Source: a virus. From it: a stretch of DNA of 64,000 nt. This document shows positions 19,301-28,900 of this stretch, piece after piece (the first letter of the stretch is position 1; each line of letters starts with the position of its first letter). The notes beneath the pieces are model-generated. The model worked only from the letters and a program-made list of their open reading frames with translations, was not told the origin of the DNA and did no database searches. The stretch is from IMG/VR virus record IMGVR_UViG_3300042564_000781, positions 32,001-96,000 of that record. One strand, 5' to 3'. The translations under genes and the position numbers were made by a program.

Positions 19301-22221
19301 GCTTACTATATTTTGTAAACGGAGTGTCAGCTATATCAGGTGGAACCATAGCATTAAACACTTGGACACACGTTGCCGTTGCTAGAAACGGAACAAGCAC
19401 TAAATTATTTGTTAACGGAACACAAGTTGGTAGTACATATACCGACATTACCAATTACATTCAATGTCCGCTAGTTATTGGCGCACGTTTTGATGGAACT
19501 CTTGGATTTAATGGCTACATTGATGACGTAAGAATTAGCAAAGGTGTAGCACGTTATACCACAACATTCCCAGTACCTACAGCACAGCTGACCGGCGACC
19601 TAAGCACAGTATTATTGATTACCTGCAACGGCACAAATAACAGTACTGCCATTGCAGACAACGGTATTACTCTACAAGACCTAAGAACATCAGCGGGCGG
19701 CACTGCTAGCATTATAGATTTTGCTGACTACTCAGACTTCGGCGTCGAGGTACGATCAATTGGTTCAGCTGCTGTCTACGGAAACTATGGTATCTACGGT
19801 GACGGTCCAGGCGTCATTGCCTACCTAATTGGACAGAACTTAGCCTACATTGGCAACGGTAAAGACACTACTAACGATCCTCTTACAGTTATACAGGCCA
19901 ATGAAGTTGTTGAACTCGATGGTGCAAAGATTTTCTATAACAGTGTGGACCATAAAGGTGATTTCCGTATTGGAGATTTATTCTATGTTAACCAAGCCAC
20001 TGGTGAAGTTAGCTTTACGAACTCAAATGTTACTATTGGCACAAGCCTAACATTTGATGACGGTAGCGGCAATATAACTTACTTAGACGCCACTAAGATC
20101 GAAACTGGTGATTTTAGAATCAGCGGTAATACGATTCAGACATTAACACAAGATTTTAATGTTGACGCTGCTAGCAATCAAATCAACCTACAGAGCAATG
20201 TAACAGTTACTGGTAACTTAGAAGTAACTGGCGATGTTACAGTTGGCGGCAATGTAACTATTGGTAATGAGTCAACTGATGTTGTAAGATTTGTTGCAGG
20301 TGTTGACAGTGATATTTTACCTGCACTGGACAGCCAGTATGATCTAGGTACTAGTACAGAGCGATGGAGTACACTGTATTCTACAACCTTAGTTAATGCT
20401 GATATTCAAATTAGTACTAATGTTATTACAACTACTAATTCTAATTTAGATCTAACTCTGCAAGCTAACGGCACTGGTAGAATTTACGTACCGTCTAATA
20501 ATGTTGAGATTACTAACAATTTAACAGTTAACGGAACTACAAATCTAGCAACTACTAACATTGGTGTTGTTGGAACTCCCGCAACAGTTACACACGTCGG
20601 TGGAGTAACACAAACTGGAGACTTGTTCCAAACTGGTAACACTGAAATTACCGGCACACTAACAGTTGGATCAACTGCTCAGTTTGAAGATATTCAAATT
20701 GACAACAATATTATTACTACTACATTAGGTAATAACGATTTAGTACTAGAAGCTGCCGGCACAGGTAAAGTTATTGTTCCAGTAGACAATGCTGAAGTAA
20801 CTGGAACCCTTACTGTAGTCGGAACAACTAGTACCACTACTATTAATAACACCGGAACAGTTACATCTGGTATTTTTAGCACCGGCAATATACGAATTAC
20901 CACAAACAATATTACTACTACTGTAGCTGATACTGATCTTGTGCTAGAAGCTAGTGGCACCGGCAGAATTTATGTTCCCCTTAATGATGTTACTCTAGGT
21001 AAAACACTAACTGTTACAGGCTTAACTACGTTAGTTGATACTGACATTACTGGAACACTAACACACATTGGAGCCACAACAAGAACTGGCGATGTTACTC
21101 AAACAGGTAGTTATACGCTAAATGGAAACTTAACAGTTTCAAATATTGCACAATTTAAAGATGTTAATATTACCAACAATGTAATTACTACTACATTGAC
21201 TAACAGTAATTTACAATTAGGTGCAGCAGGCACTGGTATTATTTCTGTACCAACTAACAATGTTACCATTGATAATAATCTAACAGTTACTGGTACTACT
21301 TTTACTGCTAATATTAACAACAGCGGCACAGTCACAGCTGGAACATTCAGCACTGGTAATATTAGTATCAATGGCAATACTATTCAGACCACTGTTGGCA
21401 GTAGCAACCTACAACTGCAAGCCGCCGGCACTGGTTATATTGTATTAGAACAATTTGACGTACAAGAAAATGAAATAAGAATTAATACCGGCTCTGACAT
21501 GGTACTAACACCTAACGGCATTGGTATTGTCACAGTTAACTCTACACAAAGCATTAAATTACCAGTGGGTAATACTGCTGCTCGTCCAACAGGCGCTGCC
21601 GGTATGGTGCGATTTAATAGTCAACTGACTCGCTACGAAGGATACGACGGCACAAATTGGATTAGACTAGATGGCGTTGAAGATGCAGACGGCAATACAA
21701 AGATCACTGCTGAATTAACACCAGGTGCAAACGATAACACTATTCGTTTTTACACTAACAATACACAAGTTGCTGACCTAACGTCGACTAGATTGAATGT
21801 TATTAACGTAGATGTTGACGTAATAAACATTAATAACAATGTTATATCAACTACTACAACTGATACTAATTTAGTACTTGCACCAAATGGTACCGGGTCG
21901 TTGCGCACAGGTAATTTTTCTATCAACGGAAGTACAGTTACAAATACTGTAAATAACAGTATAACATATTTTAATCAAACTGGCGATGGATATGTTAAGA
22001 TCAACAGCACCGGTGGATTTGTAATCCCGGCAGGATTAACAACTCAAAGACCTCCGTTGTTTGATGTTGGCATGATGAGATATAACACTGACCCAGGTAA
22101 CTTCCGTGTTGAAGTATGGGATGGTGGCAACTGGGTTAATGCAGGACAAGCAGCAGGTGGCGGAGTAACACTTGCAGAAGCACAAGACATCGGAATTGTC
22201 AGTGCAATTATATTTGGATAA
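16333..22221 (+). CDS. Long tail fibre/appendage protein (1962 aa) with two LamG/concanavalin-like domains
   Basis: Collinear with the 12212 protein; FDGTGDYL...FTIE.W...W.H.A..R...YIDD.R.S LamG signatures twice. Confidence 0.8.
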   Translation: MSQLGRISGQLLKDNLTRNGHDLTFDKIVDADPLVAKDGLLHLDVTNRRVGINTETPEYDLDVDGTTRTTELEVTTQADIADLTFTTDTITSNTGILNLANGTGDQINYQAKLVVDNVELENNVISTNAGANLELRPDGTGTVDIYADTNVYGNVYVTGNIRADGNITVGDANTDNITINADVNSNIIPDADITYQLGNGGTGYVADTEFTLGDVVVTVSGSGTIVTLSIPAAGPTWVDTLTDNDIGKSYQLAIDGTPGSYSVTTSGVWSGTNPQVVSTTNDGLLDGTYNVSSIRFDQKRWVDVWVKNLYTDAIVTGDITVDSINLNLVQGKIYYVSTNGSDTNAGQHQNDPFASVKHALSIATADDTVYIYPGTYTEQFPLTVPTGVVVKGTGIRSVKIVPTTATRYNDAFLLNGETTVEDVTIADYFSGGNYFAVTSAGVGETVMNVGTAPFAHTWVSSGTINISGTAYSIIAAVYSHTTGVLTVNHVGPDATSASPVFLSGLIFSCNGGNRVFPDNGYAFRFATDFAVSSRSPYIRNITVLTKGSVTSLSDPLGYDAGDAGKGAYIDGAYATSVSKEASMLFHSATFICPGVDVIVATNGARVEWLNSFTYYANRSMYLYSSADGFASDGKTRVKIVNTTGTWAVGNTLSYYDTDGTTVLASGIIESIDGDFYNIDTRVLGFEQIQDRAGKTITVHGNAKLSTSVKKFGTASLALDGTGDYLSVASQPDFAFPSTISRIAKTITANGNAAVSATESKFGGSSIAFDGTGDYLSIATDTDYGFGTGDFTIEGWFYKTVVATQYLFDTRTTLNENSIAVQSNGSGSLRLFVNGAFVLTSSNAHTNNAWNHLAICRAGGVTRFFINGVVSTTTHTDATNYGTTKPLVVGAQYNGTTAFAGYIDDFRVSNTARYTATFTPSAVVFTNDVNTKLLVHGDTDISDDVGGTITSFTIESWIYNTGGQSAVQVIFDFRTATPQAAPFLNIQAGGSLLYFVNGVSAISGGTIALNTWTHVAVARNGTSTKLFVNGTQVGSTYTDITNYIQCPLVIGARFDGTLGFNGYIDDVRISKGVARYTTTFPVPTAQLTGDLSTVLLITCNGTNNSTAIADNGITLQDLRTSAGGTASIIDFADYSDFGVEVRSIGSAAVYGNYGIYGDGPGVIAYLIGQNLAYIGNGKDTTNDPLTVIQANEVVELDGAKIFYNSVDHKGDFRIGDLFYVNQATGEVSFTNSNVTIGTSLTFDDGSGNITYLDATKIETGDFRISGNTIQTLTQDFNVDAASNQINLQSNVTVTGNLEVTGDVTVGGNVTIGNESTDVVRFVAGVDSDILPALDSQYDLGTSTERWSTLYSTTLVNADIQISTNVITTTNSNLDLTLQANGTGRIYVPSNNVEITNNLTVNGTTNLATTNIGVVGTPATVTHVGGVTQTGDLFQTGNTEITGTLTVGSTAQFEDIQIDNNIITTTLGNNDLVLEAAGTGKVIVPVDNAEVTGTLTVVGTTSTTTINNTGTVTSGIFSTGNIRITTNNITTTVADTDLVLEASGTGRIYVPLNDVTLGKTLTVTGLTTLVDTDITGTLTHIGATTRTGDVTQTGSYTLNGNLTVSNIAQFKDVNITNNVITTTLTNSNLQLGAAGTGIISVPTNNVTIDNNLTVTGTTFTANINNSGTVTAGTFSTGNISINGNTIQTTVGSSNLQLQAAGTGYIVLEQFDVQENEIRINTGSDMVLTPNGIGIVTVNSTQSIKLPVGNTAARPTGAAGMVRFNSQLTRYEGYDGTNWIRLDGVEDADGNTKITAELTPGANDNTIRFYTNNTQVADLTSTRLNVINVDVDVININNNVISTTTTDTNLVLAPNGTGSLRTGNFSINGSTVTNTVNNSITYFNQTGDGYVKINSTGGFVIPAGLTTQRPPLFDVGMMRYNTDPGNFRVEVWDGGNWVNAGQAAGGGVTLAEAQDIGIVSAIIFG

Positions 22222-22226
22222 AGAAC

Positions 22227-22556
22227 ATGGCATCATTTTTTAGAAACAAGGTAGCTAAGGAAATAGGCACAACACCTGTAGAAGTATTGGCAACTTCAGG
22301 AGCCAATCGTATGACTATCATTGGGTTGAGTCTGGCAAATTTAACATCAGGGATTGTGTTAATTGACATCACATTAACTGACGATGCTAGTGTAACTGGT
22401 TACTATGCTAAACAAGTATTAGTGCCACCTAACTCAAGTTTGCGAGTAGTTAATGGCGGAGAAAAATTAATTTTATCAACCAATAATAGTTTAAGTATCA
22501 CTGCAAATTTTGAAGATGCAATAGACGCAATTATTAGTTACGTAGAACTAATATAA
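22227..22556 (+). CDS. Small virion protein (109 aa), paralog family A copy 2
   Basis: IIGLSLAN / VPPNSSL / EKLIL pattern; follows a fibre ending in a hydrophobic tail. Confidence 0.7.
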   Translation: MASFFRNKVAKEIGTTPVEVLATSGANRMTIIGLSLANLTSGIVLIDITLTDDASVTGYYAKQVLVPPNSSLRVVNGGEKLILSTNNSLSITANFEDAIDAIISYVELI

Positions 22557-22565
22557 GGAATTATT

Positions 22566-22943
22566 ATGACATATTATATTGGACAAACTAGCGCACTAGC
22601 TGATGTGCTTGGAGAAGGAAATCCTAGGTACTTTTATGCAATTCGTCGAGACGATGACGGCCTATTATTCTTTGCTAAGATTGATCAACTTACTGATCTA
22701 GGAACTATTATAGTTAACAACTCAGGCCTAACAGAAGATGACTATACAGATTTTGAATATGGTGTAGATTTCTTTGACGGGCGACTAGCAGAAGATCACT
22801 CGAGACCATACAGCAACCTACAATGGGATCAATACCGCTGGGACAGCAAGAATGTATATTATTACATTAATACTGCTGGAGAATTTGTTGTGCGTATTAA
22901 TCAAGCATACGTATATCCTCCAGAATTAATCGTAACCCCATAA
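22566..22943 (+). CDS. Hypothetical virion-associated protein (125 aa)
   Basis: Clean ORF with AAGGA SD within the structural operon; Tyr/Asp-rich. Confidence 0.7.
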   Translation: MTYYIGQTSALADVLGEGNPRYFYAIRRDDDGLLFFAKIDQLTDLGTIIVNNSGLTEDDYTDFEYGVDFFDGRLAEDHSRPYSNLQWDQYRWDSKNVYYYINTAGEFVVRINQAYVYPPELIVTP

Positions 22944-22953
22944 TTAATTAACG

Positions 22954-22961
22954 TGTAAATA
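22954..22961 (+). promoter_or_regulatory. Late promoter-like TGTAAATA
   Basis: Intergenic, 18 nt before ATG 22980. Confidence 0.6.
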
Positions 22962-22979
22962 GAGAACAAGGAATATAAA

Positions 22980-25900
22980 ATGGCAGCAGAATTTAAAATT
23001 GGCAGACTACGATATACATGGAAAGGTGTATGGGCAACAGCAACTTTCTATAACAGGGATGCTGTCGCATCGTATAACGGTAAGACTTATGTGTGTATAG
23101 TACCGCATACCTCTGGCGATTTTTATGACGATTACGAAAATGTAGAACCAAGCGGAGAAATTAAACCTTACTGGGTAATAATGTTGGAAGGTACTAGCTG
23201 GAAAGGCGAATGGCAACCTAATACATTATATACTTTGGGCGCAATTGTATTATATGGCGGAAGCGTGTACAAGAGAATAGTAAACGGCCTGTCAGATGCA
23301 ACATTTAATCCAGCTAGTTGGGAAGTTTACACAACTGTTAATAGTACATGGATTGGCAACTATTCTACTAATCAGTTTTATAAAGTTGGAGACACTGTTA
23401 AGTACGGTGGAATTGTTTATAGTTGTATAACACAGCATACTTCATCTAACTCTATAACATATCCTACATATAGTAATTGGGAAATTTTAGATGTTGGAAT
23501 TGAATATAGGGGCACCTGGACATCTACTAATACATCATATAAGATCAATGACCTTGTTAAATACGGACCCGACTTATGGATCTCAAGACAAGATCATAGT
23601 TCGTCACTTCCATTTAATGCAACTATAGATCCGCTAAACACTACTGCAACTTGGCAATTATGGTTGCCCGGTATTGATTACAGTGCAGCCACTACATGGT
23701 CAGCAACAGTAGTATACCAACCAGGTAATACTGTCAAGTACGGTGGCTATTCTTATATAAATTTAATTGTTAATAATCTTAACATTGTACCATCTACCAA
23801 CGTAGACGGACTAAATCCAGAATGGCAGTTATTGACTACTGGATATGATTTTAACGATGATTGGTTAAGTGGCGTTTCTTATAAAATTGGGTCAGTAGTA
23901 CGCCGAGCCGGCAATCTGTTCGAAGCATTGCAAGATAATTTATCTCAAGATCCTACTGAGTTAATAACAACTACCACATATACCGAGTTAGGTAGTAGCG
24001 GAACAACGCTAATAGTCAACAACACTACTAACATCTTCCCTGGCATGATTATTTCAGGACAAGGATTTGATAAAGGTCAATTTGTTACATCAGTTGAGGA
24101 TGGTACTACATTAATAATCAGTCAAGCCCCATATCCTACTTTAATAGACGGGCAATCATTGGCATTTTCCGGAGTTAACGGAAATTATTGGGTACCACTT
24201 GTACCTGGAACTCGATGGAGGAATCGATGGGCTGCTACTGAAAATTATGTTGTAGGTGATCTAGCTGTATGGGTTAATGTTACCTATAGATGTATTAAAA
24301 CACACATATCTGAAATAACAAAACGCCCCGATATTAATTCTGGAATCTATTGGGTAGTTGAACTAAATCATGATTACTATAATGTACTGAATATTAAAGG
24401 TGACATAATTGTTAGCACTGACGGTACCAATAACGCACTTGCAATTGGATCTGAAGGATATTTGTTAAAATCAGTAACCGAAATCCCTACATGGGCAAAC
24501 GTATTCCAGTCTCCTGCATTGTATTATGTTGCACCATCAGGCTCCGATGCCTTAACCAGTGGTGATACGTGGGATAATCCTTATAAAACAATTAAGTATG
24601 CCTGTGAGCGAATTGCCGCCGGAACACTAAATTCGTCAGCAACACTATTATTAAAACAAAATAAAACTTTTATAGTAGAAGAAACATACGGACCAGCAGT
24701 ACAATCAATTACAACAACACCTCTCGACCTTATACAAACTAAAAGAGATATTAGATCTCTAGTCGATGCAATCACATATGATCTAGCAAGAGGCGGCAAC
24801 AGTCAGACTGTTGCATTTACTCTTTCATTTTTTGACGAACAGTACAGCTATAAATTTATTACGCCCAGAGTTTCCTCTTCAATTACTGTTCTTATAACAG
24901 CCTTTAATCGAGTGTTTACACTAATCTCTGATATTTTAAATAATATAATAGTTGATCCAACGTTTCAAACAATTTATCCGCAGATAACAGGCACTGTTGC
25001 CGGACTATCCCAAGCCCTAACGTCAGTACAATCATTTCAAAACATAGTTATTACTGCTCTAATTAATGAAAATATCAACAGTATACCTGCTCGAAATCAA
25101 GGTCTTACTGCAACTTTAATGGTTAAGACCGGAGCCTACCATGAAGAATTACCAATTGTAATTCCCGCTAATACAGCACTTAATGGAGATGAACTCAGGG
25201 GTGTAATAGTTTACCCGAAGACAATTATTAATACTATTGCAACTAGATCATTTTCCGCAACAAATTTATTTAGAGTAAATACAACAGAAGGAATGATTAA
25301 CAATACCGCAGTTCAGTTTGTATCAGTTAATCCAGTGTCCGGATTTAATACTGTATTCGGCGGAGTTGTTGCCGGAACAACTTATTATGTAATTGGCAGC
25401 TCCATCACAAGCACTCAATTTTCAGTAAGTGCAATTCCAGGCGGCCCTCCAGTTACGCTATCAAATGCTACTAGTCAAATGAAAGTATTTGGCGGCGATG
25501 CATTAAAGGACATGTTCCGTGTTCAAAATGGTTCAGGTATTAGAAACATGACATTATCTGGGCTGCTAGGCACACTTACAGCACCAAATTCATTTACTAC
25601 ACGTCGTCCGACTGGTGGAAGTTTTGTAAGTTTAGATCCCGGAACCGGCATAGCCGATACCACAGCTCATATTTACAGAAGAAGTCCATATATTCAAAAT
25701 GTAACGACTTTTGGTACAGGATGTGTTGGTTTAAAAATCGACGGCAGCTTGCACGCCCTTGGCAACAAGTCTATAGTGTGTAACGACTTTACACAAATTG
25801 TAAGTGACGGAGTTGGTATATACTGCACTGGACCCGGCGCACTTTGCGAAGCAGTGTCAGTATTTTCATATTATGCATATGCTGGATACTTATCCGAAGC

Positions 25901-28900
25901 AGGCGGCCGTATACGTGCTACTAACGGCAACAGCTCATATGGTAACTTTGGAGTTATTGCTGAAGGATTTGATACTACTGAAATCCCATCAGTTGGCACG
26001 GTATTTAATAGATACTACGAAGCCAGTGCAACTCCTATTAGTGCATTGGGCGCAACTGCTAACATTTTGAAGCTTCAATACAGTCATGCTGGGCAGGAAT
26101 ATATAACATCAACAACTAACTTGCTACAATATAGTAATTCATTTACTAACTGGACAAGTGACGGTAATATTACCCTAATCCAGTCAATACTATCCCCGTT
26201 TGCTAATCAATCAGATGCATGGATTGCAACCGGTAATACCTCTGGAACTAACAGTAGCTATTTTTCAAAATCAATTACTATTGCACCATCGGGAGAAATA
26301 TATACTAACATTGCTGGTATTAATATTACCGGCGGTGGCTTAGGAGCAACATTTGATATTATAGTAACTAGTACGCAATATACAGTGACTATTAACAATG
26401 GAGGTACTGGATATGTTGCAACAAATCAGATTCGTATACTTGGCTCTCAACTAGGCGGAATTTCCGGAGTTAATGATCTAATTATTACAGTTACTGAACT
26501 ATCAGGAACTACTATTACGACAATTACCTCAATTGGAGTAGTACAGATTGGTAGTGTACAACCATATACTGCAAGCATTTTCTGCAAACAGGGCACATCA
26601 ACTACGTTTGATCTTGTAGCTACCTTTAGTGGTTATTCTGCAGCATCGAGTAGTATCAGTTACAACTTTAACACAAATACTATAACTCCGGGTAGTGCAA
26701 CAGGCGGCATGACTCCTGTTGTATTTTCTGCAACGCCTATATCAACTAATCCTGGATGGGTTAGATTATCATTTAGATTCTATGATGTATCCGGATTAAA
26801 CAATACTCTTAAATTGACAATCTACCCAAGATCGCAACTAGGTAATAGCAGCTATACACTAATATACGGAGCACAGTTAGAATTAGGCACCCGCACCGGG
26901 TTTTATCAAGAAACAACTACTGGAAGATATACAGCGTATGCAAATTATGACGTTGTAGGAGCAGGATCCGGAGTTGATTTAGTTGCAGACGAAATTAGAG
27001 ACCGTGGCATATATCAAACTCGTATATTAGAAGTTAACGGAGTTACCGGCGGAGTTGGACATAGACTATCTACTAATAATGCACAAGCAGGCACTGACTC
27101 AACAATTACTATTGCTGGTTCAGATATTGCCGGCCCTAAGGACTATCTTGGAATGCGAGTATTTGTTAATAGCGGCTTAGGAGCAGGCCAATATGGAGCA
27201 ATTTCAGCGTTTGACGCAGAATTAAAAATTGCATCAGTATTAAAAGAATCTTTTACTCAATTAGAAATAACAACAAGTTCAAGTATTGGTAATATTTTTA
27301 CGTTAGCACCAAGTGCTGATGTGTATTCATTATATAATAATCAACCAGTACAATTTGTTCCTACTACCTACGACACTATTGTAACATTGGTAGGACAAAG
27401 TTCAGTAGAGGCAACTAGTACAATAGGAGGTCAAACTAATACTATGTATGTGACCAGCACAGCGCAGCTGACTGTTAACATGCCGGTAACATTTTCAGGA
27501 ATAACCTATGGTGGCGTAACTTCAAATTTCACATATTATATAATTGCAATCCTTAACGAAAATGAAATTCAATTAGGCTTAACAGTAGGCGGCATAGCTA
27601 TCTTCTTAAATAATGATGACGGCAGCATGTCATTAAACTATCCGTCAAATACTGGGTATTTAGGTGCGCCGACTACTAATATGGATATAAATTTGCCAAT
27701 ATATTTTACAGGCGCAGTATTGTCAGAGATCGAAGCTAGTACTGATTATTTCATTAATGATGTCATTGACATTAATAATTTTACTATATCAGACACGTTA
27801 GTAACTCCTACTGCTACAAGCACCACAGCTATTAGTAATACCGTTACTGTAGATACAAGTGATACGTTAGTTCCGTTAAATCCTATTAAATTTGCAGGAA
27901 CTGCATTCGGCTCAATCTTACCAAGCACTAAGTATTATATAAACCACATTGTTGACTCTACAAACATTACTATTTCTCTCGGTACATTAACTACTACTGC
28001 AACTGCTACTCAAAATGAAGGAGAGTTAATAACAGTTGGAGATACTACTGGATTTGCTATTGGAAATGCAATTAAATTTACAGGAACTACGTTCGGCGGT
28101 ATTGTTAACGATCGAATATATTATATTTCGTACATTAATAACGCTACATCACTAATCGTTAGTTCATCGTCGTCGGCATTATCTATTACTGCAACTAATA
28201 CATCAACTAGCATCAACATTAGTGGAACCGTCTACAATAATGTTTTAACATTGATATCATCGAGTAATTTAACACCAATGTATCCTGTAACATTTTCAGG
28301 GACTACATTTGGAAGTATCACAGCAGGTACTACGTATTTTATAAGTAGGATTTATGACTCAACTCGTATATCAATTACTAATTCGATTATTTCAGTAACT
28401 GCAATTGAAACATCAGCAACCTCTAACTTAATACATGTCGAGTCTACTGCCGGATTTGTTGCAGGCAACCCAATAATATTTGGAGGAGTATCATTTGGTG
28501 GTATAGTTTCAGGGCAATTATACTATATTTCTGCAGTTAACTCACCCACAGACTTTACAATTAGTACAACGCCAACTGGATCAGCAGTGGTATTAACGGC
28601 CGGCACCGGAAGTATTACAGCAAGAACTCCTGCAGTAAATACTACAGTAACTACAGCAACTGGTTCGATGATTGGAACTACTAGGGCTAGTGCTAGTCCA
28701 GTATTATTAACTTCTGCAATTGGGCTGTGTATTGTTAGGACAACCAGCTCAACAATCACTTTATCAACTGCTACGGGCCTATTAACCGGTACATCAACTA
28801 CCGTAAAGAAACAATTCACTAGTGATGCAGGCTCTATGGTAGGTACTTTTAGTGTACCTATACTTGGTGGTATTACTCAAGGAATCACCTACTACGTCCG

